Positions 1 through 8,718 of a stretch of DNA of 64,000 nucleotides are shown piece after piece. The stretch lies in contig JBFWVL010000001.1 of NCBI GenBank assembly GCA_050246755.1, forward strand, positions 352,001-416,000, given 5' to 3'. The notes beneath the pieces are model-generated. The model had not been told where the DNA came from, made no database searches, and was given only the letters and a program-made list of their open reading frames with translations. Within the stretch, counting starts at the first letter, position 1, and each line of letters begins with the position of its first letter. Origin of the DNA: Bacteriovoracia bacterium. GTDB lineage: Bacteria > Bdellovibrionota > UBA1018 > CAIPTA01. The position numbers and the translations under genes were made by a program.

Positions 1-787
1 GATAGTAATTTCCCTGCACCACGATCTGATTCGGGCAAATATACTGATCGGGTGAATCCGGCGTAATCGGCACGGGATTGGCGGCGGCCTCCGCCTGCGC
101 GGTCGCAAAAGTGTCGGCGGCCACGCGAGGACTCCGCGAGGAAGCAATGCTCCGCGCCGAGGCTTGCTCGGGCGTGAGGCACTCGGTATTGGCCCAAACG
201 CCGCCACCGCGCTCGCAGGTGACATTCTGCGAAAGCTGAATGGGCGGACTAAATAAACCTACTTTTTCCCATTCGAGCGGCGCCTTGGTGGCCCCGTCGT
301 TGAACGTAACCCTCACCTTCACGTGCATGCTCTTGGTATTTTCGCAGCGCCCGCCGGCCGCGCAAACCGGCTCCCAGCTGGCTTCCACGCGCAGCGGACA
401 AGCGGCGCTCGGAAATCCGCGGCAGCCGAATCCATCCGCGGTCAGCCCCGAATCCAGACCGATTTGGCTGAGCGGCTGGGCCGAAGCCTCGCCCGTTTCA
501 TAGAGTAAAAAGTTCGTTCCTTTGCCGGAACAATCGCCGAGCGCGGAGAAGAGACAAGAAAAAGAGTTTCCGTTGCGCGGCACGCTCACGCTCACTGCTT
601 CCGGAGTGCTGAGCGCCTTCTCCGCCTGCTCACGCAGGCGATCAAACATTTCCTCCGGACGAACCGCCGCCACTTTGGGCCCCGAAGCACTCGAAGCAAT
701 ATAATAGAGCCCGCCTATCAGGGCGCAGGCGCCTAAAGCCAGTACGGCCAGAATCGCAAAACTGCCGTTTTCACGACGAGAAGTCAT
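1..787 (-). CDS. Pilin/pseudopilin-like Cys-rich exported protein (3' end runs off the window; absent from the ORF track)
   Basis: Manual translation from ATG at 787 gives MTSRRENGSFAILAVLALGACALIGGLYYIAS...GFGCRGFPSAACPLRVEASWEPVC...CENTK..., with no stop codon before base 1. A basic N-terminus, then Gly, then a hydrophobic helix resembles a class III (prepilin-like) signal. Confidence 0.7.
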   Translation of the reverse strand, partial: MTSRRENGSFAILAVLALGACALIGGLYYIASSASGPKVAAVRPEEMFDRLREQAEKALSTPEAVSVSVPRNGNSFSCLFSALGDCSGKGTNFLLYETGEASAQPLSQIGLDSGLTADGFGCRGFPSAACPLRVEASWEPVCAAGGRCENTKSMHVKVRVTFNDGATKAPLEWEKVGLFSPPIQLSQNVTCERGGGVWANTECLTPEQASARSIASSRSPRVAADTFATAQAEAAANPVPITPDSPDQYICPNQIVVQGNYY

Positions 788-794
788 GCCTAAC

Positions 795-822
795 TCATCG
801 GAAGCGTTTAAGGGAAAATTTA
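795..822 (-). promoter_or_regulatory. sigma28/FliA-like promoter
   Basis: Minus strand TAAAT-N15-TCCGATGA, ending 7 nt before ATG 787. Confidence 0.55.
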
Positions 823-1395
823 GGGTTGTTGCACTGGGAAGACGGTCTCGAAAATCCCGAACGGGCCGGGAGGCGGCTTATCGCCCGACTCTACGGGCAA
901 CGGGATAGGAGGAATGGGGGCAATAGGACCGATAGACTCGGGATTTGCGGGAACAGCGGTATCAGGCGCTTCCACCGGAGCATCCTCATTATAGATCTTC
1001 GAAGCGTTTTGGTCGATGCAGGTGGCGAGCGAAACGAAATACTTATTGGAAACGTAGATACGGTATGGACTCAAAACATCCCGGAGGCGGCGTACCGGCG
1101 CAAAGGTGCAGGTAACCGGGTGGTGCTTGCCCGACTGCAGATCCGGGTGCCCGTTCGCGTCGTATTTAGTGTAGGTGAGCATGTCTAAATCGAGCGTGCA
1201 GGTTTTATTTTCGCAGTGAAATTTTTTGAAATCGTAGCCAATATCCCCTTCGCACCAAGTATTATTGCAAGCCTCTTGGATGCCTTCAAGCACGCGGCGC
1301 TCCTGGGCGGGCGTGAATAGAGAGCGAGTGCGGGCCGCGCCGGCTTCCGCCATCCCACCTACCGCGAGAGCAAAAAGGAAAATACTGATTCTCAT
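820..1395 (-). CDS. Secreted Cys-rich hypothetical protein with Pro-rich tail
   Basis: Signal peptide MRISIFLFALAVGGMAEA; CNNTWCEGDIGYDF..C....C motif. Confidence 0.75.
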   Translation of the reverse strand: MRISIFLFALAVGGMAEAGAARTRSLFTPAQERRVLEGIQEACNNTWCEGDIGYDFKKFHCENKTCTLDLDMLTYTKYDANGHPDLQSGKHHPVTCTFAPVRRLRDVLSPYRIYVSNKYFVSLATCIDQNASKIYNEDAPVEAPDTAVPANPESIGPIAPIPPIPLPVESGDKPPPGPFGIFETVFPVQQP

Positions 1396-1402
1396 TACCG
1401 TC

Positions 1403-1430
1403 CTATCGACACCTAAAGCCCCGAACTTTA
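1403..1430 (-). promoter_or_regulatory. sigma28/FliA-like promoter
   Basis: Minus strand TAAAG-N15-GTCGATAG, ending 7 nt before ATG 1395. Confidence 0.65.
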
Positions 1431-1505
1431 CAGAGAGGAAATAGGCGGTTTTTTAAACGGTAGAGGGTGGAGAATGACGCACCTCTTAACTAAAGGTGCC
1501 TGACA

Positions 1506-2288
1506 CTATTTAGCGAGAAACTCCACCTTACCCAATTGATCGAACGTGGCACTCACCGTATCGCCCGCACGAAAAGCCACGGCCGCGGTGGCGCCGCCCG
1601 CGAGCACGATGGATCCGGCCGGCAAAGATTCGCCCATGGCGCCCAGTAGCTTCACGAGCTCCAGCAGCGAAAGCAGGGGATTCCCCAGAATGGCGGCCGA
1701 AGACCCCTTTTGCGCGGCCGCTCCATTTTTTTCGAGCGTGATACCGATATTTTTTAGTTCGAGTTCCCCCGGTTTTTTCCTTACCGTACCGAGCACGAAG
1801 GCCGAGGAGGAGCAGTTGTCGGCCACCACGTCGGGCAGGGCGAAATCAAAATTCTCGAAACGAGAATCAATCACTTCGATCGCCCCGCATACGCTCTCGA
1901 TCGCCGCAATGGCTTCGGCTTCGGAAGGATTGCCATGCAGCTCTTTACCCATCACGAAGGCAATCTCGGGTTCGGCCTTAGGATGAATTCTTCTTCCGAG
2001 CGTGAGCGTCGCGCCGCTCGCTATTTGCATGCGGTCGGTGAGGAAGCCGTGGATAGGGCTATCAATTCCCATTTGCTCCATCTTGGGCTTGGAGGTCATT
2101 CCCATCTTGCGGCCAACGATCCGCGCGCCGCCTTTGAGGTGAAGGGCCATGAGCAAGCGCTGCACTTCGTAGCCCTGACCGAGCGAAAAACTCGGCTCTT
2201 CCACCGTAAACTTAATTACGGACTTTCCCGTTTGCTCCGCCGCGAACAATATTCCCGCGATTTCTTGCGCCTTCATTCTATTCTCCAA
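1506..2288 (-). CDS. dmpH: 4-oxalocrotonate decarboxylase (FAH superfamily; DmpH/AmnE-like)
   Basis: GRKMGMTSKPKMEQMG, IHPKAEPEIAF, EVIDSRF..F.F.LPDVVADNCSS, GSSAAILGNP, GGATAA. Confidence 0.88.
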   Translation of the reverse strand: MENRMKAQEIAGILFAAEQTGKSVIKFTVEEPSFSLGQGYEVQRLLMALHLKGGARIVGRKMGMTSKPKMEQMGIDSPIHGFLTDRMQIASGATLTLGRRIHPKAEPEIAFVMGKELHGNPSEAEAIAAIESVCGAIEVIDSRFENFDFALPDVVADNCSSSAFVLGTVRKKPGELELKNIGITLEKNGAAAQKGSSAAILGNPLLSLLELVKLLGAMGESLPAGSIVLAGGATAAVAFRAGDTVSATFDQLGKVEFLAK

Positions 2289-3057
2289 AAAAACAGTGCA
2301 CGTTTCCGAGACCAGCGATTTCCACGTCTACCCTATCGCCCGCCTTCACCGGCATCACCGGCCCAAAGGCGCCGGAAAGAATCACTTCACCGGCTTTCAG
2401 TGCCACCCCGAATTTTCCGAGCGCATTCGCAAGCCAGGCCACCGCCAGGCAAGGGTGATCGAGGCAAGCCGCGCCGGTGCCGGTGGAAAGAATTTCCCCG
2501 TTAATTTTCAGGCTCATCTTGGCGAGGGTTAAATCCAGGGAGGAAAGCGAATGCTTTTCCGTGCCCAGCACAAAGTGCGAAGAAGAGGCGTTGTCGGCGA
2601 TCGTGTCCTGGATCTTGATTTTCCAGTCGCGCACGCGGGAATCAATGATCTCGATCGAGGGAAGAATATAGTCCGTTGCGTGGATCACATCCTGCATCGT
2701 TATGCCGGGGCCTATCAAGTCGCTCTTGAGCACGAAGGCCACCTCGCCCTCCACCCGGGGCAAAAGGAGCTTGGCGCGGGAAAGGCTTCCGCCCGAGGAA
2801 ATCTTCATGTCGGAAGTGAGGTAGCCGAAATCGGGCTCTTCCACGCCCAATTGTTTCTGCACTGCCCTAGAAGTAAGGCCGATTTTCTTCCCCACGAGGG
2901 TCAGGCCTTCTTGCTCGAGGCGGCGCTTGAGGTTAATCTCGGACACGGAGTAGGCGTTGCCGATCGTGATTCCGGGAAACTGGGCGGTGAGCGGTTCCAC
3001 CGGCGAGGCCGAGAGGCGGGCCTGAAAAAGGGCGTCAGCTAAGGAAGTAAGATTCAT
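2278..3057 (-). CDS. mhpD: 2-keto-4-pentenoate hydratase (MhpD/AmnF-like)
   Basis: GKKIGLTSRAVQKQLGVEEPDFG, PRVEGEVAF, EIIDSRVRDWKIKIQDTIADNASS, GAACLDHP; overlaps the dmpH start. Confidence 0.92.
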   Translation of the reverse strand: MNLTSLADALFQARLSASPVEPLTAQFPGITIGNAYSVSEINLKRRLEQEGLTLVGKKIGLTSRAVQKQLGVEEPDFGYLTSDMKISSGGSLSRAKLLLPRVEGEVAFVLKSDLIGPGITMQDVIHATDYILPSIEIIDSRVRDWKIKIQDTIADNASSSHFVLGTEKHSLSSLDLTLAKMSLKINGEILSTGTGAACLDHPCLAVAWLANALGKFGVALKAGEVILSGAFGPVMPVKAGDRVDVEIAGLGNVHCFFGE

Positions 3058-3065
3058 CTTCCCCC

Positions 3066-3094
3066 ACTCTAGTGTCAGGCCAGCGTGATTTCAA
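3066..3094 (-). promoter_or_regulatory. sigma70-like promoter for mhpD-dmpH (near-leaderless)
   Basis: Minus strand TTGAAA-N17-TAGAGT, ending 8 nt before ATG 3057. Confidence 0.6.
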
Positions 3095-3107
3095 GAAGGG
3101 ATACTCG

Positions 3108-3977
3108 ATGTCGAAATACGACAACTTGGAGCTGAAAGAACTGAACTATAACTCCTACCTCAAGGTGCCCGAATTGCTCGGCCTCCAAAAAGAGCTTTCC
3201 GACCCCGCCCACCACGACGAAATGTTCTTCATCATCATCCACCAGGCCGCCGAGCTCTGGTTCAAGCAAATGCGCCACGAAACGGCTGGCCTCATCGAGG
3301 ATTTCCGCGCCAATTCCGTTTCCCGGGCCTTGAAAAAATTCCGTCGCCTCGTGGGCATTATGGATCTGATGGTGAAGCAGATCAATTTGCTAAACACCCT
3401 CACACCCGTGGAGTTCGCGGGCTTCCGCGATAACCTCCGCCCCGCTTCCGGCTTCCAGTCCATCCAGTTCCGCGTGATCGAGTTCGCCTATGGCATCCGC
3501 GAAGCTTTTTTCCTGGAATTTTTCGCCAAAGAAAAATCCATGCAGAGCCAGCTGCAAGACCTACTCAAAGAACCGAGCGTGCACGATGAGTTCGTGCGCC
3601 TGCTAAGCCGCTCCGGCTTCAAGATTCCGGAGTCCCTACTGAATCGCGACGTGAGCCTGCCGTGGACCGAATCTCCCGAGCTCATCGCCACGATCAAGAC
3701 GATCTACGAGAATCCCCAGGAAAATTACCATTGGGTTCTGCTCTTCGAGACCATGCTCGACTTCGACGAAAAATTCGCCGTCTGGCGCTCCGTGCATATG
3801 CTCATGGTGGCGCGCACGATCGGCATGAAGGCCGGCACCGGCGGCAGCTCGGGCCACGCCTTCCTCGCAGGCCGCGCTGGCCTGAGATTCTTCCCCGAGC
3901 TCTGGAGCGTGCGCACGGAAGTGGGCGGCGGATACGGGAATGCCGGGGCGGCCACTCCCGGGAAATGCCCGGTTTAA
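3108..3977 (+). CDS. kynA: Tryptophan 2,3-dioxygenase
   Basis: HHDEMFFIIIHQAAELWFK, FRDNLRPASGFQSIQFR, RTIGMKAGTGGSSG, FFPELW; ATG 3108 follows AAGAAGGGA. Confidence 0.96.
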   Translation: MSKYDNLELKELNYNSYLKVPELLGLQKELSDPAHHDEMFFIIIHQAAELWFKQMRHETAGLIEDFRANSVSRALKKFRRLVGIMDLMVKQINLLNTLTPVEFAGFRDNLRPASGFQSIQFRVIEFAYGIREAFFLEFFAKEKSMQSQLQDLLKEPSVHDEFVRLLSRSGFKIPESLLNRDVSLPWTESPELIATIKTIYENPQENYHWVLLFETMLDFDEKFAVWRSVHMLMVARTIGMKAGTGGSSGHAFLAGRAGLRFFPELWSVRTEVGGGYGNAGAATPGKCPV

Positions 3978-3981
3978 TAGC

Positions 3982-5166
3982 ATGCGCTTCGACGTTTTCT
4001 TCTCCATCTGCCAAACTCCCGTGAACGGCTATACGCCCTCGGAACGCGTGATGTTCGAGAATTTTTTCTCCCAGGCCGAGCTCGCCGATCAACTCGGCGT
4101 GGGCACCGCCTGGGTGGCCGAAACCCACCTCTCCTGCCAGACCCAAAAAGAAAATCCCGGCGCGGTGGTGCCCCACTTCGAGGGCGAGATCGGCCTCAAT
4201 ACCGACGTGCTCCAGGTGGCGCACCGCTTATTCGCGCGCACGAAAAAAATCCATATCGGCTCCGCCATCCGCAATATCCAGTGCAATGGCGGCCCTATCG
4301 CCCACGCCGAAGCGATCCGCATGTTTCTCTCGCTCCACGCGCTCAATCCCGGCGAGAAACGCCTTCTCGATATCGGCTTCGCTTCCGGCCGCTTTCCTTT
4401 TTCCAATACGCCCTACGGCATCCGCCCCCGCAATGAACTGGAGAAAGCCGCCTGGCCCGTGCTCAAGGGAAAGATCTTCCAGGAAGCCACCGAAATTTTC
4501 CTGCGTCTCCTCAAGGGAGAGAAGCTCGCCTCGAAGGATATTTCACCTAAAATCCTCGAGCGCAAAAATTTCCGCAGTGAGGAGGAATGGGAAAAAATCG
4601 CCAAGCTCGCCGGCGGTGCCGACAAAATCGAAGTCCCCGCTTTCTGGAATTTCGATAAAGTGGGCGTGATTCCCTTCGAAGCCCCCATGGATCTGCTGAA
4701 GCTCACCATCGGTTGCCACGATCTCGAAACCCAGATCTTCGCCAATAAATTCCTGCCCTGCGGAGTATTCAACCTCTCGATCACCCCCGCTCCCCAGATC
4801 GAAGCCACGCACCAGGCGATGCAAAAAAGCTTTCACCCCGCGGGTGGCCGTTGGACCCGCGCCCATATGCCCCGCACGGTGCTCGTATTCCTGGATAAAA
4901 ATCGCGAGAAGGCCCGTGCACGTGCCCAGGGCGCGATGGAGAATTACTGGAAAGCCATCGAGGGAACCCTTGATCCCGAGAAGATTCGCAATGCCGTGGA
5001 CAATGCCCTCGTGGGCGACGCGGCCGAAATCAAGGCGGAGCTGGAAACGCGCTTCCACCGCGACGATCGCCTCATGCTCTGGTTCGATTTCAATAACCAC
5101 GACAACGAGGAAGTGCGCTCTTCCATGCGGGAATTCATGGAAAAAGTGGCGCCGAGCCTACAGTAA
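3982..5166 (+). CDS. Luciferase-like (LLM class) flavin-dependent monooxygenase
   Basis: N-terminal MRFDVFFS...QAELADQLGVGTAWVAETHLS, TKKIHIGSAIRNI, LDIGFASG; C-terminal ALVGD...LMLWFDF...SMREFMEKVAP; starts 4 nt after the kynA stop. Confidence 0.85.
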   Translation: MRFDVFFSICQTPVNGYTPSERVMFENFFSQAELADQLGVGTAWVAETHLSCQTQKENPGAVVPHFEGEIGLNTDVLQVAHRLFARTKKIHIGSAIRNIQCNGGPIAHAEAIRMFLSLHALNPGEKRLLDIGFASGRFPFSNTPYGIRPRNELEKAAWPVLKGKIFQEATEIFLRLLKGEKLASKDISPKILERKNFRSEEEWEKIAKLAGGADKIEVPAFWNFDKVGVIPFEAPMDLLKLTIGCHDLETQIFANKFLPCGVFNLSITPAPQIEATHQAMQKSFHPAGGRWTRAHMPRTVLVFLDKNREKARARAQGAMENYWKAIEGTLDPEKIRNAVDNALVGDAAEIKAELETRFHRDDRLMLWFDFNNHDNEEVRSSMREFMEKVAPSLQ

Positions 5167-5456
5167 TTTTTATTTATATCAAACAAGCATAACTCCTCTC
5201 ACTCACCCTCAAAAAAATCGCTTTCATTGCCTGACATTTCCTGAAATTTAAATGGGAACTTTTTCTCATGCGGCGCGGCAGTGTTGATTTTATAGAGAAA
5301 TTTTCCACGCACTTCGAAGGAGATCCCGCTCTAAATTCATTTTATGAATAGTAACTTTCATCCAGCGCGTCACATCTAAATGGAATCCTAACCGAATTTT
5401 TCTTCACAAAAAGATCGCGCTCGCAGAGGATTACTTCATTCCAGGGGGGAATATTC

Positions 5457-6155
5457 ATGACGAAAAATTGGATCTACTCGCTAAGTCTAGTTCTAGCTCT
5501 CACCGCAAACCTTGCTCTAGCCGGCGGCGCTGCCGTATCGGACCGCCTCAAATGCAATAAGGCGACCGAACTTCCCGTCAACGCAAGCGTAGACCGCGTG
5601 GTAGACGGCGACACCGTGATCATCCGCGTCCCCACCGGCACCTACTCGGTGCGCATGATGGGCATCGATACCCCCGAAACTCACTTCATGGGCAAGAGCC
5701 AGGGCGAATGGGGCGATAAAGCCGCCGAACTCCTCTCCGACCTACTCCCCGTAGGCACCAAGGTTCGCCTCGAGTACACCGCGGAATCCTGCGATGCGCA
5801 CGGGCGCCTGCTCGCCCACGTATTCAAAGGCAAGCTGCACACGAATGCCGAAATGGTGAAGCAAGGCCTCGCCGCCAACTATTGCGTAGCCCCCAGCTTC
5901 GAGTATTGCCGCGAAATCGGAAACCACGTGGCCAACGCCATTAAATACCGCCTGGGTATGTTCGCCGACTCCAACGCCGAGCTTCCCTATGATTTCCGCC
6001 GCCGCATTGGTGGCAACGAGCAGCGCTCTTTCGTGGGCAATCTCTCCACGAAAGAAGTTCTTACTCCCGGCCACCAAGATGACGTTCCGGTTGCCGAACG
6101 CGTATTCTTCTATCGCCAGAGCGACGTGAAGGCCCCCTACTTCATCGCGAAATAA
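5457..6155 (+). CDS. Secreted thermonuclease (SNase/TNase family)
   Basis: Signal peptide; RVVDGDT, VRMMGIDTPE, DAHGRLLAHV, NAEMVKQGLA. Confidence 0.9.
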   Translation: MTKNWIYSLSLVLALTANLALAGGAAVSDRLKCNKATELPVNASVDRVVDGDTVIIRVPTGTYSVRMMGIDTPETHFMGKSQGEWGDKAAELLSDLLPVGTKVRLEYTAESCDAHGRLLAHVFKGKLHTNAEMVKQGLAANYCVAPSFEYCREIGNHVANAIKYRLGMFADSNAELPYDFRRRIGGNEQRSFVGNLSTKEVLTPGHQDDVPVAERVFFYRQSDVKAPYFIAK

Positions 6156-6172
6156 ATCCTTGGGTTTCTTAC

Positions 6173-6201
6173 GCCTCTGCCTTCACGGGCAGGGGCTTTT
6201 T
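6173..6201 (+). terminator. Rho-independent terminator after the thermonuclease
   Basis: Stem-loop GCCTCTGCCT-tcac-GGGCAGGGGC followed by TTTTT. Confidence 0.75.
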
Positions 6202-6247
6202 CATTTTATGCATCTCGTCATGCCTCGCTCCATGGAATAGTGCCTCC

Positions 6248-7279
6248 ATGAGCGACCACGCTTACTCGCAAAACCAATGGGTGCCTCTCGTGGACTACCG
6301 TCGCAATGGAGTGGCTGAATGCACCATCCACGGCTCCATTGCCTGGGTTTCGGGAACCAAGCTCGTGCACGCCTTTGGCGGGGAAGTGCTCTGCTATGGC
6401 CGCTCGATGATGAAGCCCTATATGGTGAAGGTTTTCGCCAAAGAGCTCGAGGATATGAGCTGGGAACAGAAAGCCATCTCGGTGGCCTCCCATAACGGCG
6501 ACACCGAACATATCCGCGTAGTCAGCTCCGTACTTTCCGAAAGCGAGCTCGGCCTCGTGCAAACCCCGCTCGCGCTGCCGCTGATGCAATTCGGCCAGCA
6601 GCGCCGCCGCCCGCGCCGCCTCTATCATTCCTGCTCCGGCGAACACGCCGCCATCCTCCGTGGCTGCCGCGTGAAGGGCTGGAGCCGCGTTGGCTATGTG
6701 TGGCCTCACCACGAATTTTTCCTCGCCTACCTCGCCCAGGTTCGCACCGTGCTCGGCGCCGATTGGGAACCCAAAGTGATCGCCAAAGACGGTTGCGGAT
6801 TACCCACGATTTCCATGACTACCGTGGAGATGGCGCGACTTATGGCCGATCTCGTAACGAAGAGAAACGACGATTGGGTTTGGGACGCGATGGTGAAGCA
6901 CCCGGATCTCGTGGGCGGCTTCAACCGCCTCGATTCCACGATCATGAAATCCTGCGAAGGCCGCGTGATTGCCAAAGAAGGCGCCGACGGCTTGCTCGGG
7001 CTCGCAATCGAGCACCCGGACTATCCTGATGGCCTCGGGGTAGTGATCAAGATCGCCCACGGCTGGGACATGCGCGCCACCTGGTACGTAGCCCGCTACG
7101 TGCTCGGCGTTTTGGGTTTTGATTTCCGCAATCCCTACCCGCTCGAGCGGCAAAAAGCTTTTCTGGTAGAGGATTGCATCCCGCCGGCGCTAAGGCCCAA
7201 GATGGATTCGATTCAGCCCTGGGACGACTGGGATCCGGATAGAGACCGCTGGAATTTTGATTACCGGGAGTTCACTTGA
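6248..7279 (+). CDS. Asparaginase II (class 3, Rhizobium etli AnsA-type) family hydrolase with altered metal-site motif
   Basis: GRSMMKP (R-S-x-x-K), ASHNG, HSCSGEH (family usually NCSGKH), DGCGLP, IAKEGADG; stop overlaps the downstream ALDH start. Confidence 0.85.
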   Translation: MSDHAYSQNQWVPLVDYRRNGVAECTIHGSIAWVSGTKLVHAFGGEVLCYGRSMMKPYMVKVFAKELEDMSWEQKAISVASHNGDTEHIRVVSSVLSESELGLVQTPLALPLMQFGQQRRRPRRLYHSCSGEHAAILRGCRVKGWSRVGYVWPHHEFFLAYLAQVRTVLGADWEPKVIAKDGCGLPTISMTTVEMARLMADLVTKRNDDWVWDAMVKHPDLVGGFNRLDSTIMKSCEGRVIAKEGADGLLGLAIEHPDYPDGLGVVIKIAHGWDMRATWYVARYVLGVLGFDFRNPYPLERQKAFLVEDCIPPALRPKMDSIQPWDDWDPDRDRWNFDYREFT

Positions 7280-8718
7280 AATTAGCTAACTATATCGACG
7301 GCCACGAGCAGGCCCCGCTTTCGGGAAAGTATTTGCCCAACTACGCGCCCGCTACCGGCGAGATCTATTCCGAGATCCCCGATTCCAGCGCGGCAGACGT
7401 AGACCTCGCCGTGAAGGCCGCACAGAAAATTTTCCCTTGGTGGAGCCAACGCACCCCCGAGCAAAGATCCCAGGTTTTACTCTCGATTGCCGATCGAATG
7501 GAAAAATCCGTCGACGATCTCGTGAACGCCGAGAGCCGCGACCAGGGAAAACCCGTGCACCTCGCGCGCGAAATCGAAATCCCCCGCGCCATCCAAAATT
7601 TCCGCTACTTCGCCACCAAGATTTTGCACACCGAAGAAACCGCGAGGCCCTCGCAGGCCCTGAGCTCCCTCTCCTACACCTACCGCATGCCCGTGGGCGT
7701 GGCCGGATTGATCTCGCCATGGAATCTCCCGCTCTATTTGCTCACCTGGAAAATCGCGCCGGCCATCGCCGCCGGGAACACGGTGGTTTGCAAGCCCTCC
7801 GAGCTCACGCCGATGACGGCCTACCTCATGGGCGAAATCTTCAACGAGGCGGGCGTTCCCCACGGAGTGGTGAACATGGTATTCGGCCTCGGCGTCACCG
7901 CGGGCGCCGCACTCGCCGCTCACCCCGATGTGCCACTCATTTCTTTTACCGGCGGTACCGCCACCGGCCGCAAGATCCTCGAGGCCTCGATTCCGCGTTT
8001 CAAGAAAACCAGCCTCGAGCTCGGCGGAAAAAATGCGGCGCTGGTTTTTGCCGACTGCGATCTCGCCGAAGCTGTGATCACGAGCGTGCGCTCATCCTTC
8101 CAGAACCAAGGCGAAATCTGCCTCTGCAATTCCCGCATCCTGGTGGAAGAAGGCATCTACGAGAAATTCGTGGAAAAATTCGCGCGCACGGCGAGCCTCA
8201 TCCGCGTGGGCGATCCCACCCTGAAAGAAACCCAGATGGGCCCGCTCGTGAGCAAGGAGCATAAAGAAAAAGTTCTCTCCTATATCAAGCTCGCCACCGA
8301 AGAAGGCGGCACTATTCTAGGCGGCGGCACCGTCCCCCACCTCGAAGCGCCCTTCGATCAAGGCTATTTCGTAAATCCCACGATCATCACGGGCCTCGGC
8401 CCCAACTGCCGTGTGAACCAGGAAGAGATTTTTGGCCCCGTGGCCAGTATCATTCCCTTCAAAACTGAGGAGGAAGCGATTGCGATCGCGAACGGCGTGG
8501 AATACGGACTATCCGCCTCCGTTTGGACCCGCGATATTTCTCGCGCCCACCGCGTAGCCCAGGCCCTGCACGTGGGCACCACCTGGGTAAACTCCTGGAT
8601 GGTCCGCGATCTCGGCATGCCTTTCGGCGGCATGAAGCATTCCGGCCTCGGCCGCGAAGGCGGAGATCACTCGCTGAATTTTTTCAGCGAAACGAAAACC
8701 ATCAGCGTGAAGATATGA
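7276..8718 (+). CDS. amnC: 2-aminomuconic/2-hydroxymuconic semialdehyde dehydrogenase (ALDH8A1/AmnC-like)
   Basis: EIPRAIQNFRYFA, GLISPWNLPLYLLTWKIAPA, SLELGGKN, NQGEICLC, QEEIFGPV, VRDLGMPFGGMKHSG. Confidence 0.9.
   Translation: MKLANYIDGHEQAPLSGKYLPNYAPATGEIYSEIPDSSAADVDLAVKAAQKIFPWWSQRTPEQRSQVLLSIADRMEKSVDDLVNAESRDQGKPVHLAREIEIPRAIQNFRYFATKILHTEETARPSQALSSLSYTYRMPVGVAGLISPWNLPLYLLTWKIAPAIAAGNTVVCKPSELTPMTAYLMGEIFNEAGVPHGVVNMVFGLGVTAGAALAAHPDVPLISFTGGTATGRKILEASIPRFKKTSLELGGKNAALVFADCDLAEAVITSVRSSFQNQGEICLCNSRILVEEGIYEKFVEKFARTASLIRVGDPTLKETQMGPLVSKEHKEKVLSYIKLATEEGGTILGGGTVPHLEAPFDQGYFVNPTIITGLGPNCRVNQEEIFGPVASIIPFKTEEEAIAIANGVEYGLSASVWTRDISRAHRVAQALHVGTTWVNSWMVRDLGMPFGGMKHSGLGREGGDHSLNFFSETKTISVKI

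Noticed and set aside
3982-5166. Bioluminescence luciferase
   Set aside because: Single LLM gene with no luxCDE, in a catabolic context.
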